Assembly (NCBI GenBank): GCA_021827705.1
Contig: JAKAUQ010000018.1
Coordinates: 21,927 to 85,926, forward strand
Origin: Actinomycetes bacterium
GTDB lineage: Bacteria; Actinomycetota; Acidimicrobiia; Acidimicrobiales; RAAP-2
DNA: 64,000 nt
Reading direction: 5' to 3'
The notes under the pieces were generated by a model. It did no database searches and was not told the DNA's origin. It was given only the letters and a program-made list of their open reading frames with translations. Shown here piece by piece: positions 8,097-16,944 of the stretch; position 1 is the stretch's first letter; each line of letters begins with the position of its first letter. Both the position numbers and the translations under genes were made by a program.

Positions 8097-8366
8097 GTGG
8101 CGGACGAGGAGCCGGGTTATTCAGCTGTTGCTGACGAACAGCTCGATGAACTCGAATCCTCCGGGGACCCCGACCTGTACAACGACCTTGTCGAGGCGTG
8201 TGAGTCGATCCTCGAAAATCCTGGCTGGGCGCGTGAGCGTTCGGCGGCGATTACCACGAGAGACGGCATCAGGTTCCGCTACGCGGTGCCCGGGAGGGTG
8301 CCCTACAAGGTCTTCTGGTCCAGTGATGGACCCCGAATAGAAGCGGTCTTCCCTTACCCCACGTAG
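8097..8366 (+). CDS. Small protein, putative RelE/ParE-fold toxin
   Basis: 89 aa, 3 bp after partner; pattern YSAVADEQLDEL (beta-helix), long helix ending ENPG, then YKVFWS...RIEAVFPY beta strands as in the RelE/ParE superfamily. Confidence 0.5.
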   Translation: MADEEPGYSAVADEQLDELESSGDPDLYNDLVEACESILENPGWARERSAAITTRDGIRFRYAVPGRVPYKVFWSSDGPRIEAVFPYPT

Positions 8367-8379
8367 TGAGCGCCAAGGG

Positions 8380-8574
8380 CTGAGACTGCCGGGGCTCTGC
8401 GTGGCCCTGGCCATCGCGAGCGCGAACCGCCGCCTGGCGATGTCGTTCAGCCCGGAGGGAGCGGCAGAGGCGCCGCGGCGGCGCCGGCCGGGACGACCGA
8501 CCCAGCATCGCAAGCTCACCTACCGCCAGGTGATCGAAGACGCGACGTCGTCGCGCGTACTGCTCACGACCTGA
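8380..8574 (+). pseudogene. Possible C-terminal remnant of a DDE transposase
   Basis: Frame reads LPGLCVALAIASANRRLAMSF...PRRRRPGRPTQHRKLTYRQV, similar to the hydrophobic helix-N-R plus Arg-rich tail at the end of some actinobacterial IS transposases; recognition from memory only. Confidence 0.25.
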
Positions 8575-8717
8575 CGCACCCCTGAACCTCACGCAGTCGA
8601 ACTACTGGCCCCTGCACGTCCGTGCGGGGGTCTCGTCGCGTGCGGCAACGAGTGCGAGGGCAGCTGACTACGACTGAGAGGTCGAGAGGGCGACGATCGA
8701 AGTCAGACGAGCTCTCG

Positions 8718-8750
8718 GTGGGCTCAAATCACGCAGTTCTGTGAGCCCAC
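8718..8750 (-). terminator. Hairpin downstream of tRNA-Pro
   Basis: GTGGGCTCA (8718-8726) and TGAGCCCAC (8742-8750), about 25 nt past the tRNA 3' end. Confidence 0.4.
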
Positions 8751-8775
8751 GACCCGGAGTTTCGTGACTTCCTCG

Positions 8776-8854
8776 TGGTCGGGCTGGGGAGATTCGAACT
8801 CCCGATCTCTCGGCCCCCAGCCGAGCGCTCTAGACCAAACTAAGCCACAGCCCG
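8776..8854 (-). tRNA. tRNA-Pro (GGG), CCA encoded
   Basis: Reverse complement folds as a cloverleaf: acceptor CGGGCTG/CAGCCCG, anticodon arm CTCGG-CTGGGGG-CCGAG, T-arm GGGAG-TTCGAAT-CTCCC, ACCA end; -10 TAGCAT at 8870-8865. Confidence 0.97.
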
Positions 8855-8893
8855 TGAGACGACCATGCTAGCCCACGGCTCTGGCGTCGCTCC

Positions 8894-9049
8894 TCACGGC
8901 GCCAGCCGGTGACCGCCGTGCGCCTGGTCGGGATGGGTGAGCCACGCGCGAGCCTCGCACAGGAACGCCAGCGTCTCGCCAGTCGCCTGGGCGCGAATGG
9001 CGTGGAGGATGCGCTCATCGAGAGCAGTGAGCAGATCGTCAACGGGCAT
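8894..9049 (-). CDS. Small hypothetical protein (51 aa), not in the ORF track
   Basis: AAGGAGG SD before ATG; MPVDDLLTALDERILHAIRAQATGETLAFLCEARAWLTHPDQAHGGHRLAP; fills the tRNA-gltB gap. Confidence 0.6.
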   Translation of the reverse strand: MPVDDLLTALDERILHAIRAQATGETLAFLCEARAWLTHPDQAHGGHRLAP

Positions 9050-9157
9050 GAGGCCTCCTTGCGTCGAAAAGCGGGCCGACGCCGCCCCCGATGGCCAACG
9101 GCACCGGCGGCGGCCAGCCCCTCGGGCCAGCGTACGCCGAGGGATGCGCCGGCCGAT

Positions 9158-9166
9158 TGTTATACT
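9158..9166 (+). promoter_or_regulatory. Extended -10 promoter of gltBD
   Basis: TG-T-TATACT about 48 nt upstream of the gltB GTG; small hairpin GTTGCC-N5-GGCAAC (9181-9197) in the leader. Confidence 0.5.
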
Positions 9167-9213
9167 CGGCGTGGGTCAGCGTTGCCCCGTTGGCAACGTG
9201 AAACGGGAGAGCC

Positions 9214-12200
9214 GTGCTGACCCTCTACGATCCCGCGTTCGAGCACGACGCGTGTGGCGTCGGGATGGTGGCCGACCTGACGGGCCAGGCGACCAACCAG
9301 ACGATCCGCGACGCCCTGACGATCCTGGAGAACCTCGAGCACCGCGGGGCCGCGGGGGCCGACCCGGCCTCGGGCGACGGGGCGGGCATCTTGCTCCAGA
9401 TCCCGCACGTCGCGGTGACCTCCTGGTTCGCCGATGTGCCCGCCCCCGGCGGCTACGGCATCGCCGCGTGGATGGTGAGCGGCACGCGCGCGGACCTGCG
9501 CGGAGCCGTCGATGACGCGGCGGCCCGCCTCGGCCTGGCCCGCGCCGGCGAGCGCCCGGTACCCGTCGACTCGACGCTGCTCGGCCCGACCTCGCGCTCC
9601 ACCGAGCCCCAGCAGGTCATGCACCTCTTGGTGCCCACCGGCGACCTGGCTGGCGACCGCCTGGAGCTGGCTCTCTTTCTCCTGCGTCGCCTAGTCGAGC
9701 GCAGCGGGGTCGCCTACGGCGTGTCGGCCTCCAGCCGCACGCTGGTCTACAAGGGCATGCTGACCGCCCCCCAGCTGCGCAGCTACTACCGCGACCTGGC
9801 TGACGACCAGTTGGCCTCGGCGGTCGCCGTTGTGCACAGCCGGTTCTCCACCAACACGCTGCCGCGCTGGGAGCAGGCCCACCCCTTCCACTTCATCGCC
9901 CACAACGGCGAGATCAACACCATCCGGGGCAACCGCAACTGGATGACCGCGCGCGAGTCCACCCTGGCGGTGCCCGGGTGGCCGGTTCCCCTCGAGGAGA
10001 TCACCCCACTCGTCACGCCCGGCCGCAGCGACTCGGCGACCTTCGACGAGGTCGTCGAGCTGCTGGTCCACGGTGGGCGGTCGCTGGCCCACGCCGTCCT
10101 CATGATGATCCCCGAGGCCTGGGAGCGCTCCACGACCATGGACGTGGCCAGGCGGGACTTCTACCGCTACCACGCCGCACTGATGGAGCCCTGGGACGGG
10201 CCGGCGTCGGTCACGTTCTGCGATGGCCGGGTGGTCGGCGCGGTCCTGGACCGCAACGGCCTGCGCCCCGCGCGCTACTGGGTCACCGACGACGACCGGG
10301 TGATCCTGGCCAGCGAGGTCGGCGCCTTGCCCGTGGACCCGGCGCACGTGCGGGCCAAGGGTCGCCTCCAGCCCGGACGCATCTTCCTGGTCGACCTGGT
10401 TGCCGGCCGCATCGTCGAGGACGCCGAGGTCAAAGACGCCTTGGCTCACCAGGCTCCCTACGGGCGCTGGCTGGACGACCAACAGGTCTCCTTGGACAGT
10501 GTCGAGCCCCGACCCATGCTCGAGCCGAGCTTCGCCTCGGTGCGCCGCCGCCAGCGCACCTTCGGCTACAGCGACGAGGACCTGCGCCTGATCCTGGCGC
10601 CCATGGCCGCCACGGGGGAGGAGTCGATCGGTTCCATGGGCTCGGACGCGGCCCTGGCCGTGCTGTCGCGACGCCCCCGCTCGATCTTCGACTACGTCAC
10701 CCAGCTCTTCGCCCAGGTGACCAACCCACCCCTCGACGCCATCCGTGAGGAGCTGGTGACCGCGACGCGGGTGACGATCGGGGGTGAGGAGAACCTCTTT
10801 GCCGCCGCACCCGAGCACGCCCACCAGATCGTGCTGGCCTCCCCGGTGCTGAGCAGCGAGGACTTCGCCAAGCTGCGCTACCTCGACGAGAGCGAGCGGG
10901 TTCACGGATTCACGCCCGTGGTGCTCGACGGGCTCTTCCCCGTCGACTCCGACGGGGTCCTAGGTCAGGTCCTGGCCGACGCCATCACGGCCGTCGCTGA
11001 CGCGGCCGTGCGCGCCGTGCGCGCCGGGGCCACGATCGTCATCTTGAGCGACCGGCCCACCTCGGCCACCCTGGCCCCGATCCCGAGCCTCCTGCTCGTC
11101 ACCGCGGTCCACCACCGCCTGGTGGCTGAGCACCTCCGCACCCGGGCCGCCCTGGTCGTGGAAGCCGGCGACGTGCGCGAGGTCCACCACGTGGCCGCGC
11201 TGCTCGGCTTCGGCGCCTCGGCGATCTGCCCGTACCTGGCCTACGAGTCCATCGACGCCCTGGTCGCCCAGGGCCTGCTCGGCTCGTCGACACCCTTCGA
11301 GGCTCGCTATCAGTACGCCAAGGCCCTGACCAAGGGTGTGGTCAAGATCATGTCCAAGATGGGCGTCAGCACCGTGGCCAGCTACCTGGGCTCCGAGCTC
11401 TTCGAGGTCGTCGGACTGGGCCCGCGCCTGGTGGCCCAGTTCTTCCCGAATCTGACGTCACGCATCGGCGGCGCCGAGCTGGACCGTATCGCCGGCGACG
11501 TGCGGCGCTGGCACCGCCGGGCGTACCGGGACGAGCCGCGGGTTGGGGATCCCCTGGAGAACCCGGGGGAGTACCAGTGGCGCCGTGACGGCGAGCTCCA
11601 CCTGTTCAGCCCGGCGACCGTCCAGAAGCTCCAGCACGCCACGCGCGAGGGACGCTACGACATCTTCCAGGAGTACTCGCGCCTCGTCGATGACCAGTCC
11701 GCCGGGCGCCTGACCCTGCGCTCCCTGCTGGAGCTGCGCCCCGCGGCCACGCCCGTGCCCCTAGACGAGGTGGAGAGCGAGGCCGCGATCATCGCGCGTT
11801 TCTCCACCGGGGCCATGTCCTACGGGTCCATCAGCGAGGAGGCGCACACCACTCTGGCGGTGGCCATGAACCGCCTGGGCGCGCGATCCAACACCGGCGA
11901 GGGCGGCGAGGACGAGCGACGCTACGAGGTGGCCGACCCGCGCGCCAACCGGCGCTCGGCGATCAAGCAGGTGGCGTCGGGACGCTTCGGAGTGACCAGC
12001 CGCTACCTGGTCAACGCCGACGACCTCCAGATCAAGATGGCTCAGGGGGCCAAGCCCGGCGAGGGCGGGCAGCTCCCGGGGGCCAAGGTCTATCCCTGGA
12101 TCGCCGAAGTGCGCCACTCGACACCCGGCGTTGGCCTCATCTCCCCGCCGCCCCACCACGACATCTACTCGATCGAGGACCTCAAGCAGCTCATCTACGA

Positions 12201-13644
12201 CCTGAAGAACGCCAACGACCGTGCCCGCATCCACGTCAAGCTGGTCAGCGAGCAGGGGGTGGGCACGATCGCCACGGGCGTCGCCAAGGCCCACGCCGAC
12301 GTGATCCTGATCTCGGGGCACGACGGCGGGACTGGGGCGGCGCCCCTCACGTCGATCAAGCACGCCGGCACCCCCTGGGAGATCGGCCTGGCCGAGGCCC
12401 ACCAGGCCCTGGCCGCCAACGGCCTGCGCAGCCGCGTCACCCTCCAGGTCGATGGCCAGCTCAAGACCGGGCGCGACGTGATCATTGCGGCGCTCCTGGG
12501 CGCCGAGGAGTTCGGCTTCGCCACCGCTCCCTTGGTCGTGTCGGGCTGCGTGATGATGCGCGTGTGCCACCTCGACACGTGTCCGGTCGGCATCGCCACC
12601 CAGAACCCGGCGCTGCGCGAGCGCTTCTCGGGCCAGCCCGAGTTCATCGAGCACTTTTTCTCGTTTGTCGCCCGCGAGGTGCGTGAGTACCTGAGCGTCC
12701 TGGGGGTGCGCCGCCTCGACGACATCATCGGCGACGCCGCCCGCCTGGTGGCGACCCCCGACCCGGTCAGTGGAGTCGACCTGGGCGCGCTGGTGGTGAC
12801 CAGCGCCCCCGACCAGCGGCGCCGCACCAGGGACCAGGACCACGAGCTCGGCAGTGCCCTGGACTGGCGATTTCTCGACCCCGCCCTGGAGGCGGTGCGC
12901 GAGGGCCGACCCTTCACCTACCACGGTGCGGTGCGCAACACCGACCGGACCGTGGGCACCTTGACCGGCAGCGCGATCACGCGGCTCTTGGGAGCCACGA
13001 CCCTGGCGCCCGACTCGGTGGTCCTGGACCTGGTCGGATCGGCGGGCCAGAGCCTGGGGGCCTTCTTGCCCGCGGGGATGACCATCCGCCTCACCGGCGA
13101 CGCCAACGACTATGTCGCCAAGGGTCTCTCGGGCGGACGCGTCGTCGTCGTGGCCTCACCCGCGGCCCCCTTCGACCCCGAGCACAACATCATTGCCGGC
13201 AACGTCATCGCCTACGGGGCCACCAGCGGGGAGCTCTTCGTCACCGGCATCGTCGGTGAGCGCTGCGCCGTGCGCAATTCGGGGGCCACGGTGGTGGTCG
13301 AGGGGACCGGGGACCACGCCGGCGAGTACATGACCGGAGGCCACCTGGTGATCTTGGGGCCTACGGGCCGCAACCTGGCCGCCGGCATGTCGGGAGGCAC
13401 GATCTTCTTGTGGGATCCCGACGATCGCGTCCACGACGCCCTCAGTGCCGGGGTCTACGAGATCGACCCGCTGGAGGCCGCCGACGAGGCGGTGCTCGTG
13501 GGCATCCTGACGCGCTACGCCGAGGACACGGGCTCCCGGCGGGCGCGGTCCCTCCTGGAGAACTGGCGCATCTCGCGCATGCACTTCGTGCGCATCGAGA
13601 CCTCCGAGTACCAGCGCGCCCGCGACGAGCTGCGCCATGGGTAA
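9214..13644 (+). CDS. gltB: Glutamate synthase large subunit
   Basis: EHDACGVG (N-terminal Cys of the amidotransferase), HSRFSTNT, AHNGEINT, MEPWDGPA, SNTGEGGE, QIKMAQGAKPGEGGQLPG, GCVMMRVCHLDTCPVG. Confidence 0.98.
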   Translation: MLTLYDPAFEHDACGVGMVADLTGQATNQTIRDALTILENLEHRGAAGADPASGDGAGILLQIPHVAVTSWFADVPAPGGYGIAAWMVSGTRADLRGAVDDAAARLGLARAGERPVPVDSTLLGPTSRSTEPQQVMHLLVPTGDLAGDRLELALFLLRRLVERSGVAYGVSASSRTLVYKGMLTAPQLRSYYRDLADDQLASAVAVVHSRFSTNTLPRWEQAHPFHFIAHNGEINTIRGNRNWMTARESTLAVPGWPVPLEEITPLVTPGRSDSATFDEVVELLVHGGRSLAHAVLMMIPEAWERSTTMDVARRDFYRYHAALMEPWDGPASVTFCDGRVVGAVLDRNGLRPARYWVTDDDRVILASEVGALPVDPAHVRAKGRLQPGRIFLVDLVAGRIVEDAEVKDALAHQAPYGRWLDDQQVSLDSVEPRPMLEPSFASVRRRQRTFGYSDEDLRLILAPMAATGEESIGSMGSDAALAVLSRRPRSIFDYVTQLFAQVTNPPLDAIREELVTATRVTIGGEENLFAAAPEHAHQIVLASPVLSSEDFAKLRYLDESERVHGFTPVVLDGLFPVDSDGVLGQVLADAITAVADAAVRAVRAGATIVILSDRPTSATLAPIPSLLLVTAVHHRLVAEHLRTRAALVVEAGDVREVHHVAALLGFGASAICPYLAYESIDALVAQGLLGSSTPFEARYQYAKALTKGVVKIMSKMGVSTVASYLGSELFEVVGLGPRLVAQFFPNLTSRIGGAELDRIAGDVRRWHRRAYRDEPRVGDPLENPGEYQWRRDGELHLFSPATVQKLQHATREGRYDIFQEYSRLVDDQSAGRLTLRSLLELRPAATPVPLDEVESEAAIIARFSTGAMSYGSISEEAHTTLAVAMNRLGARSNTGEGGEDERRYEVADPRANRRSAIKQVASGRFGVTSRYLVNADDLQIKMAQGAKPGEGGQLPGAKVYPWIAEVRHSTPGVGLISPPPHHDIYSIEDLKQLIYDLKNANDRARIHVKLVSEQGVGTIATGVAKAHADVILISGHDGGTGAAPLTSIKHAGTPWEIGLAEAHQALAANGLRSRVTLQVDGQLKTGRDVIIAALLGAEEFGFATAPLVVSGCVMMRVCHLDTCPVGIATQNPALRERFSGQPEFIEHFFSFVAREVREYLSVLGVRRLDDIIGDAARLVATPDPVSGVDLGALVVTSAPDQRRRTRDQDHELGSALDWRFLDPALEAVREGRPFTYHGAVRNTDRTVGTLTGSAITRLLGATTLAPDSVVLDLVGSAGQSLGAFLPAGMTIRLTGDANDYVAKGLSGGRVVVVASPAAPFDPEHNIIAGNVIAYGATSGELFVTGIVGERCAVRNSGATVVVEGTGDHAGEYMTGGHLVILGPTGRNLAAGMSGGTIFLWDPDDRVHDALSAGVYEIDPLEAADEAVLVGILTRYAEDTGSRRARSLLENWRISRMHFVRIETSEYQRARDELRHG

Positions 13645-15061
13645 GCCGACCGGATTCCTGGAGTTCCCACGCCGCGGCCCGCACCCACGACCGGTCGCCG
13701 TGCGTCGCCGCGACTGGGCCGAGGTCTACGAGGACCAGACCGAGTCCGAGGTGCGCGAGCAGGCCGCCCGCTGCATGGACTGCGGCATCCCCTTTTGCAC
13801 GCAGGGCTGCCCCCTCGGCAATCCGATCCCCGCCTTCAACGATGCCGCCTACCGCGGGCGTTGGGCCGACGCCGCCGCCCAGCTCTTGACCACCAACAAC
13901 TTCCCGGAGTTCACTGGCCGCCTCTGCCCGGCGCCGTGCGAGTCGGCCTGCGTGCTCGGCATCGGCGACGACCCGGTCACCATCGAGCGCCTCGAGTACC
14001 AGACTGCCGAGCACGCCTTCGCGCTCGGCCTGCCGGTCATGGTCGTGCCCAGCCACGAGACCGGCTACCACGTGGCCGTCGTGGGATCTGGGCCCGCAGG
14101 TCTGGCCGCCGCCGCCCAGCTGCGCAGCGTCGGCCACCGGGTCACCGTCTACGAGCGGGCCGACGCCCTCGGGGGCCTCCTGCGCTACGGCATCCCGGCC
14201 TTCAAGCTCGACAAGGTCATCTTGGAGCGTCGCCTGACCGTCCTGCGCGACGCCGGCGTGGAGTTTCGTCCCAGCGCGCTCGTCGGGCCCGGGGGCCTGG
14301 CCCTGGAGGACCTCGCGCGCCGCGTCGACGCCATCGTGCTGGCCGTAGGAGCGACCCGCGCGCGCGAGCTGCCCATCGCCGGGTCCGAGCTGGGCGGCGT
14401 GCACCTGGCCATGACCTACCTCGAGGCGGCCAACCGGGCCGTGGCCACCAACCGCCCACCCACGATCGACGCCCGGGACCAGGCCGTGCTGATCCTGGGG
14501 GGCGGCGACACGGGCGCCGACTGCCTGGGCACCGCTCACCGCCAGGGCGCCCGGTCCGTCACCCAGCTCGAGATCCTGCCCGAGCCCCCGTCGACCCGCC
14601 CGGCCGACCAGCCCTGGCCCACCATGCCCCGACTGCTCAAGGTGACCAGTGCCCACGAGGAGGGCGGCACCCGCCGCTTCGCCATCGACACGCTCGCCTT
14701 CGAGGGCTCGGGCGCCTCCGTCCAGCGGGCCCGGCTGCGCGACGTGGCCACGGGGGCCGAGGAGGTCGTCGACGCCGATCTGGTGCTGGTCGCCGCGGGC
14801 TTCCTCGGACCGGACCTGAGCGCCCTGGGGCTGCCAGCGCACCACGCGACGGCGCGCTCGACGATCGCGGTCACCGACACCTGGCGCACCGGCCTGGGTG
14901 GCTCGGTGCCGGTCTTCGCCTGCGGCGACGCCGTGCGCGGGCAGAGCCTCATCGTGTGGGCCATCGCCGAGGGTCGCAGCGCGGCTGCCGCCGTCGACCA
15001 GCACCTCACCGGTCAGCGCCGGCTCCCCGCACCGGTGCGGCCCCAGGCGACCTCCTGGTAG
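13637..15061 (+). CDS. gltD: Glutamate synthase small subunit
   Basis: MGKPTGF, RCMDCGIPFC..GCP, TNNFPEFTGRLCPAPCE, GSGPAG, GGGDTGADC, GDAVRGQSLIVWAIAEGR. Confidence 0.97.
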   Translation: MGKPTGFLEFPRRGPHPRPVAVRRRDWAEVYEDQTESEVREQAARCMDCGIPFCTQGCPLGNPIPAFNDAAYRGRWADAAAQLLTTNNFPEFTGRLCPAPCESACVLGIGDDPVTIERLEYQTAEHAFALGLPVMVVPSHETGYHVAVVGSGPAGLAAAAQLRSVGHRVTVYERADALGGLLRYGIPAFKLDKVILERRLTVLRDAGVEFRPSALVGPGGLALEDLARRVDAIVLAVGATRARELPIAGSELGGVHLAMTYLEAANRAVATNRPPTIDARDQAVLILGGGDTGADCLGTAHRQGARSVTQLEILPEPPSTRPADQPWPTMPRLLKVTSAHEEGGTRRFAIDTLAFEGSGASVQRARLRDVATGAEEVVDADLVLVAAGFLGPDLSALGLPAHHATARSTIAVTDTWRTGLGGSVPVFACGDAVRGQSLIVWAIAEGRSAAAAVDQHLTGQRRLPAPVRPQATSW

Positions 15062-15118
15062 ACCTCCGACGCGGCCGCGCTGCTCGGTAGCATCGAACCC
15101 AGAGAAGAAAGGGCTGAG

Positions 15119-16738
15119 ATGCGAAGCACCATGCAGGACGCGCCACTCCTGATCCGCGACATCGTGCGCCACGGGGAGTGGCTCTACGCCAACAAGCGAG
15201 TCTTCACGGTCACCCCGACGGGCGTCCAGGAGGCCACATTCGCCGAAGTCAGCCGGCGGGCCGAGCGCCTGGCCGCTGCGCTGACGCGCCTCGGCGTGAG
15301 GCCCGGTGACCGGGTCGGCTCCTTCATGTGGAACAACCAGGCCCACATGGAGGCGTACCTCGCGGTACCCACCATGGGCGCGGTGCTGCACACCCTCAAC
15401 ATCCGTCTGTTTCCCGAGCACCTGTCCTACGTGATCAACCACGGCGGCGATCGCGTGCTGATCGTGGACGCCTCGCTGATCGGTCTGCTGGCCAAGGTCC
15501 GCGATCAGCTGACCGGCATCGAGCACATCATCGTCAACGGGCTGACCGACGTGACCGACCTGGGGCCCACCCTGGACTACGAGACCCTCCTGGCGGCCGA
15601 GGAGACCGGCTTCGTGTGGCCCGACCTGGACGAGCGCGACGGCGCCATCATGTGCTACACGTCGGGCACGACGGGCCAGCCCAAGGGCGTCGTCTACTCG
15701 CACCGCTCCACCTGGCTGCACTCCCTGGCCTCCACGACGGCCAACTCGATCGGGTTGAGCGAGCAGGACCGCTGCCTCCTGATCGTGCCGATGTTCCACG
15801 TCAACGCCTGGGGCGCGGTCTTCTCGGCCTTCTTCGCCGGGATGGAGCTGATCATGCCGCAGATGTTCTTGCAGGGAGAGCCGCTCGTGCGCATCATCCG
15901 CGAGCTGCGCCCGACCGTCTCGCTCGGCGTGCCCACCGTGTGGAACGACGTGCTGCGCGCGGCCGAGTCGGACGCCGAGGCCGACTTCACCTCGCTGCGC
16001 GGGATCCTGGCCGGTGGTGCGGCCGTGCCGCGCTCGATGATCGAAGCGTTCCGCGACCGCTACGGCCGCACGGTGGTCCAGGGCTGGGGCATGACCGAGA
16101 CGAGCCCCCTGGCCGCGGTGGCGATCCCCCCGGCCGGCACGCCACCCGAGAAGGAGATCGACTACCAGGTCCGCACCGGTCGCGTGGTGGCCGGTGTCGA
16201 CATGCGCATCACCGACGACGACGGCTCGGTCCTGCCCAACGACGGCCACACCGTGGGCGAGTTCGAGATCCGGGGTCCCTGGATCGCTGCCTCGTACTAC
16301 GGCGTCGAGGCCCCCGAGCGCTTCCACGACGGCTGGCTGCGCACTGGCGACATCGGGACCCTCGACGCCGAGGGATTCATGATGATCACCGACCGCTCCA
16401 AGGACGTCATCAAGTCCGGAGGCGAGTGGATCAGCTCGGTCGAGCTCGAGAACACCGTCATGGCCCACCCGGCGGTCTTCGAGGCCGCCGTCATCGCGGT
16501 CCCCGACGACAAGTGGCAGGAGCGTCCGCTGTGCTGCGTGGTCCTGCGTCCCGACGCGACGGCCACCCCCGAGGAGTTGCGCGCCTTCCTGGCCGAGCGC
16601 GTGGCGCGCTGGTGGGTGCCCGAGCACTGGACCTTCGTCGAGGAGATCCCGCGCACCAGCGTGGGCAAGTTCGACAAGAAGGTCCTGCGGGCCCAGTTCG
16701 CCGCCGGCGAGCTCACGGTGACCACCCTGACGTCGTGA
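15119..16738 (+). CDS. Fatty acid--CoA ligase (AlkK/DmdB-like AMP-binding enzyme)
   Basis: YTSGTTGQPKGV, VPMFHVNAWG, QGWGMTETSP, RTGDI, DRSKDVIKSGGEWISSVELE, TSVGKFDKK. Confidence 0.92.
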   Translation: MRSTMQDAPLLIRDIVRHGEWLYANKRVFTVTPTGVQEATFAEVSRRAERLAAALTRLGVRPGDRVGSFMWNNQAHMEAYLAVPTMGAVLHTLNIRLFPEHLSYVINHGGDRVLIVDASLIGLLAKVRDQLTGIEHIIVNGLTDVTDLGPTLDYETLLAAEETGFVWPDLDERDGAIMCYTSGTTGQPKGVVYSHRSTWLHSLASTTANSIGLSEQDRCLLIVPMFHVNAWGAVFSAFFAGMELIMPQMFLQGEPLVRIIRELRPTVSLGVPTVWNDVLRAAESDAEADFTSLRGILAGGAAVPRSMIEAFRDRYGRTVVQGWGMTETSPLAAVAIPPAGTPPEKEIDYQVRTGRVVAGVDMRITDDDGSVLPNDGHTVGEFEIRGPWIAASYYGVEAPERFHDGWLRTGDIGTLDAEGFMMITDRSKDVIKSGGEWISSVELENTVMAHPAVFEAAVIAVPDDKWQERPLCCVVLRPDATATPEELRAFLAERVARWWVPEHWTFVEEIPRTSVGKFDKKVLRAQFAAGELTVTTLTS

Positions 16739-16944
16739 GCGACTACGCGACCCTGGCCGACGAGGTCTCCGCGGTCGAGGGACACGTCGCCGACGCGCTC
16801 TTCGACGCGGTTCGTGCGCAACTGCGCGGCGATCCGCACTTCGCGGATCAGGAGCGTCAGTTGGCCCGCGCGCGCCGCAGCCTCCTCAAGGCCGAGGCCC
16901 TGCTGCGGGCGCTCAGCGAGGCGGCGGACCAGCGGCCCGATTGA
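16735..16944 (+). CDS. Small helical hypothetical protein (69 aa)
   Basis: GTGA overlap with ligase stop; MSDYATLADEVSAVEGHVADALFDAVRAQL...RQLARARRSLLKAEALL, coiled-coil-like. Confidence 0.6.
   Translation: MSDYATLADEVSAVEGHVADALFDAVRAQLRGDPHFADQERQLARARRSLLKAEALLRALSEAADQRPD

Larger units (their letters stand above)
7640..8775. mobile_element. Small accessory islet or decayed island at the tRNA-Pro 3' end (no integrase present)
   Basis: Abuts the tRNA 3' end; looks more AT-rich than flanks (not computed); 12/13 inverted repeat at the borders (7666-7678 AGTCACAAAACTC vs 8757-8769 GAGTTTCGTGACT); carries TA-like pair and transposase-like scrap. Confidence 0.5.

Noticed and set aside
8909-9220. 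103-aa plus-strand ORF upstream of gltB
   Set aside because: No SD, Arg/Pro-rich non-coding-like composition; overlaps the better-supported minus-strand 51-aa ORF and the gltB promoter
13442-16627. Very long antisense ORFs (also 1489-3684, 26733-28328, 35524-36993, 5636-8083 upstream part)
   Set aside because: Shadow frames of high-GC coding genes; no motifs, and the opposite strand holds well-recognised genes
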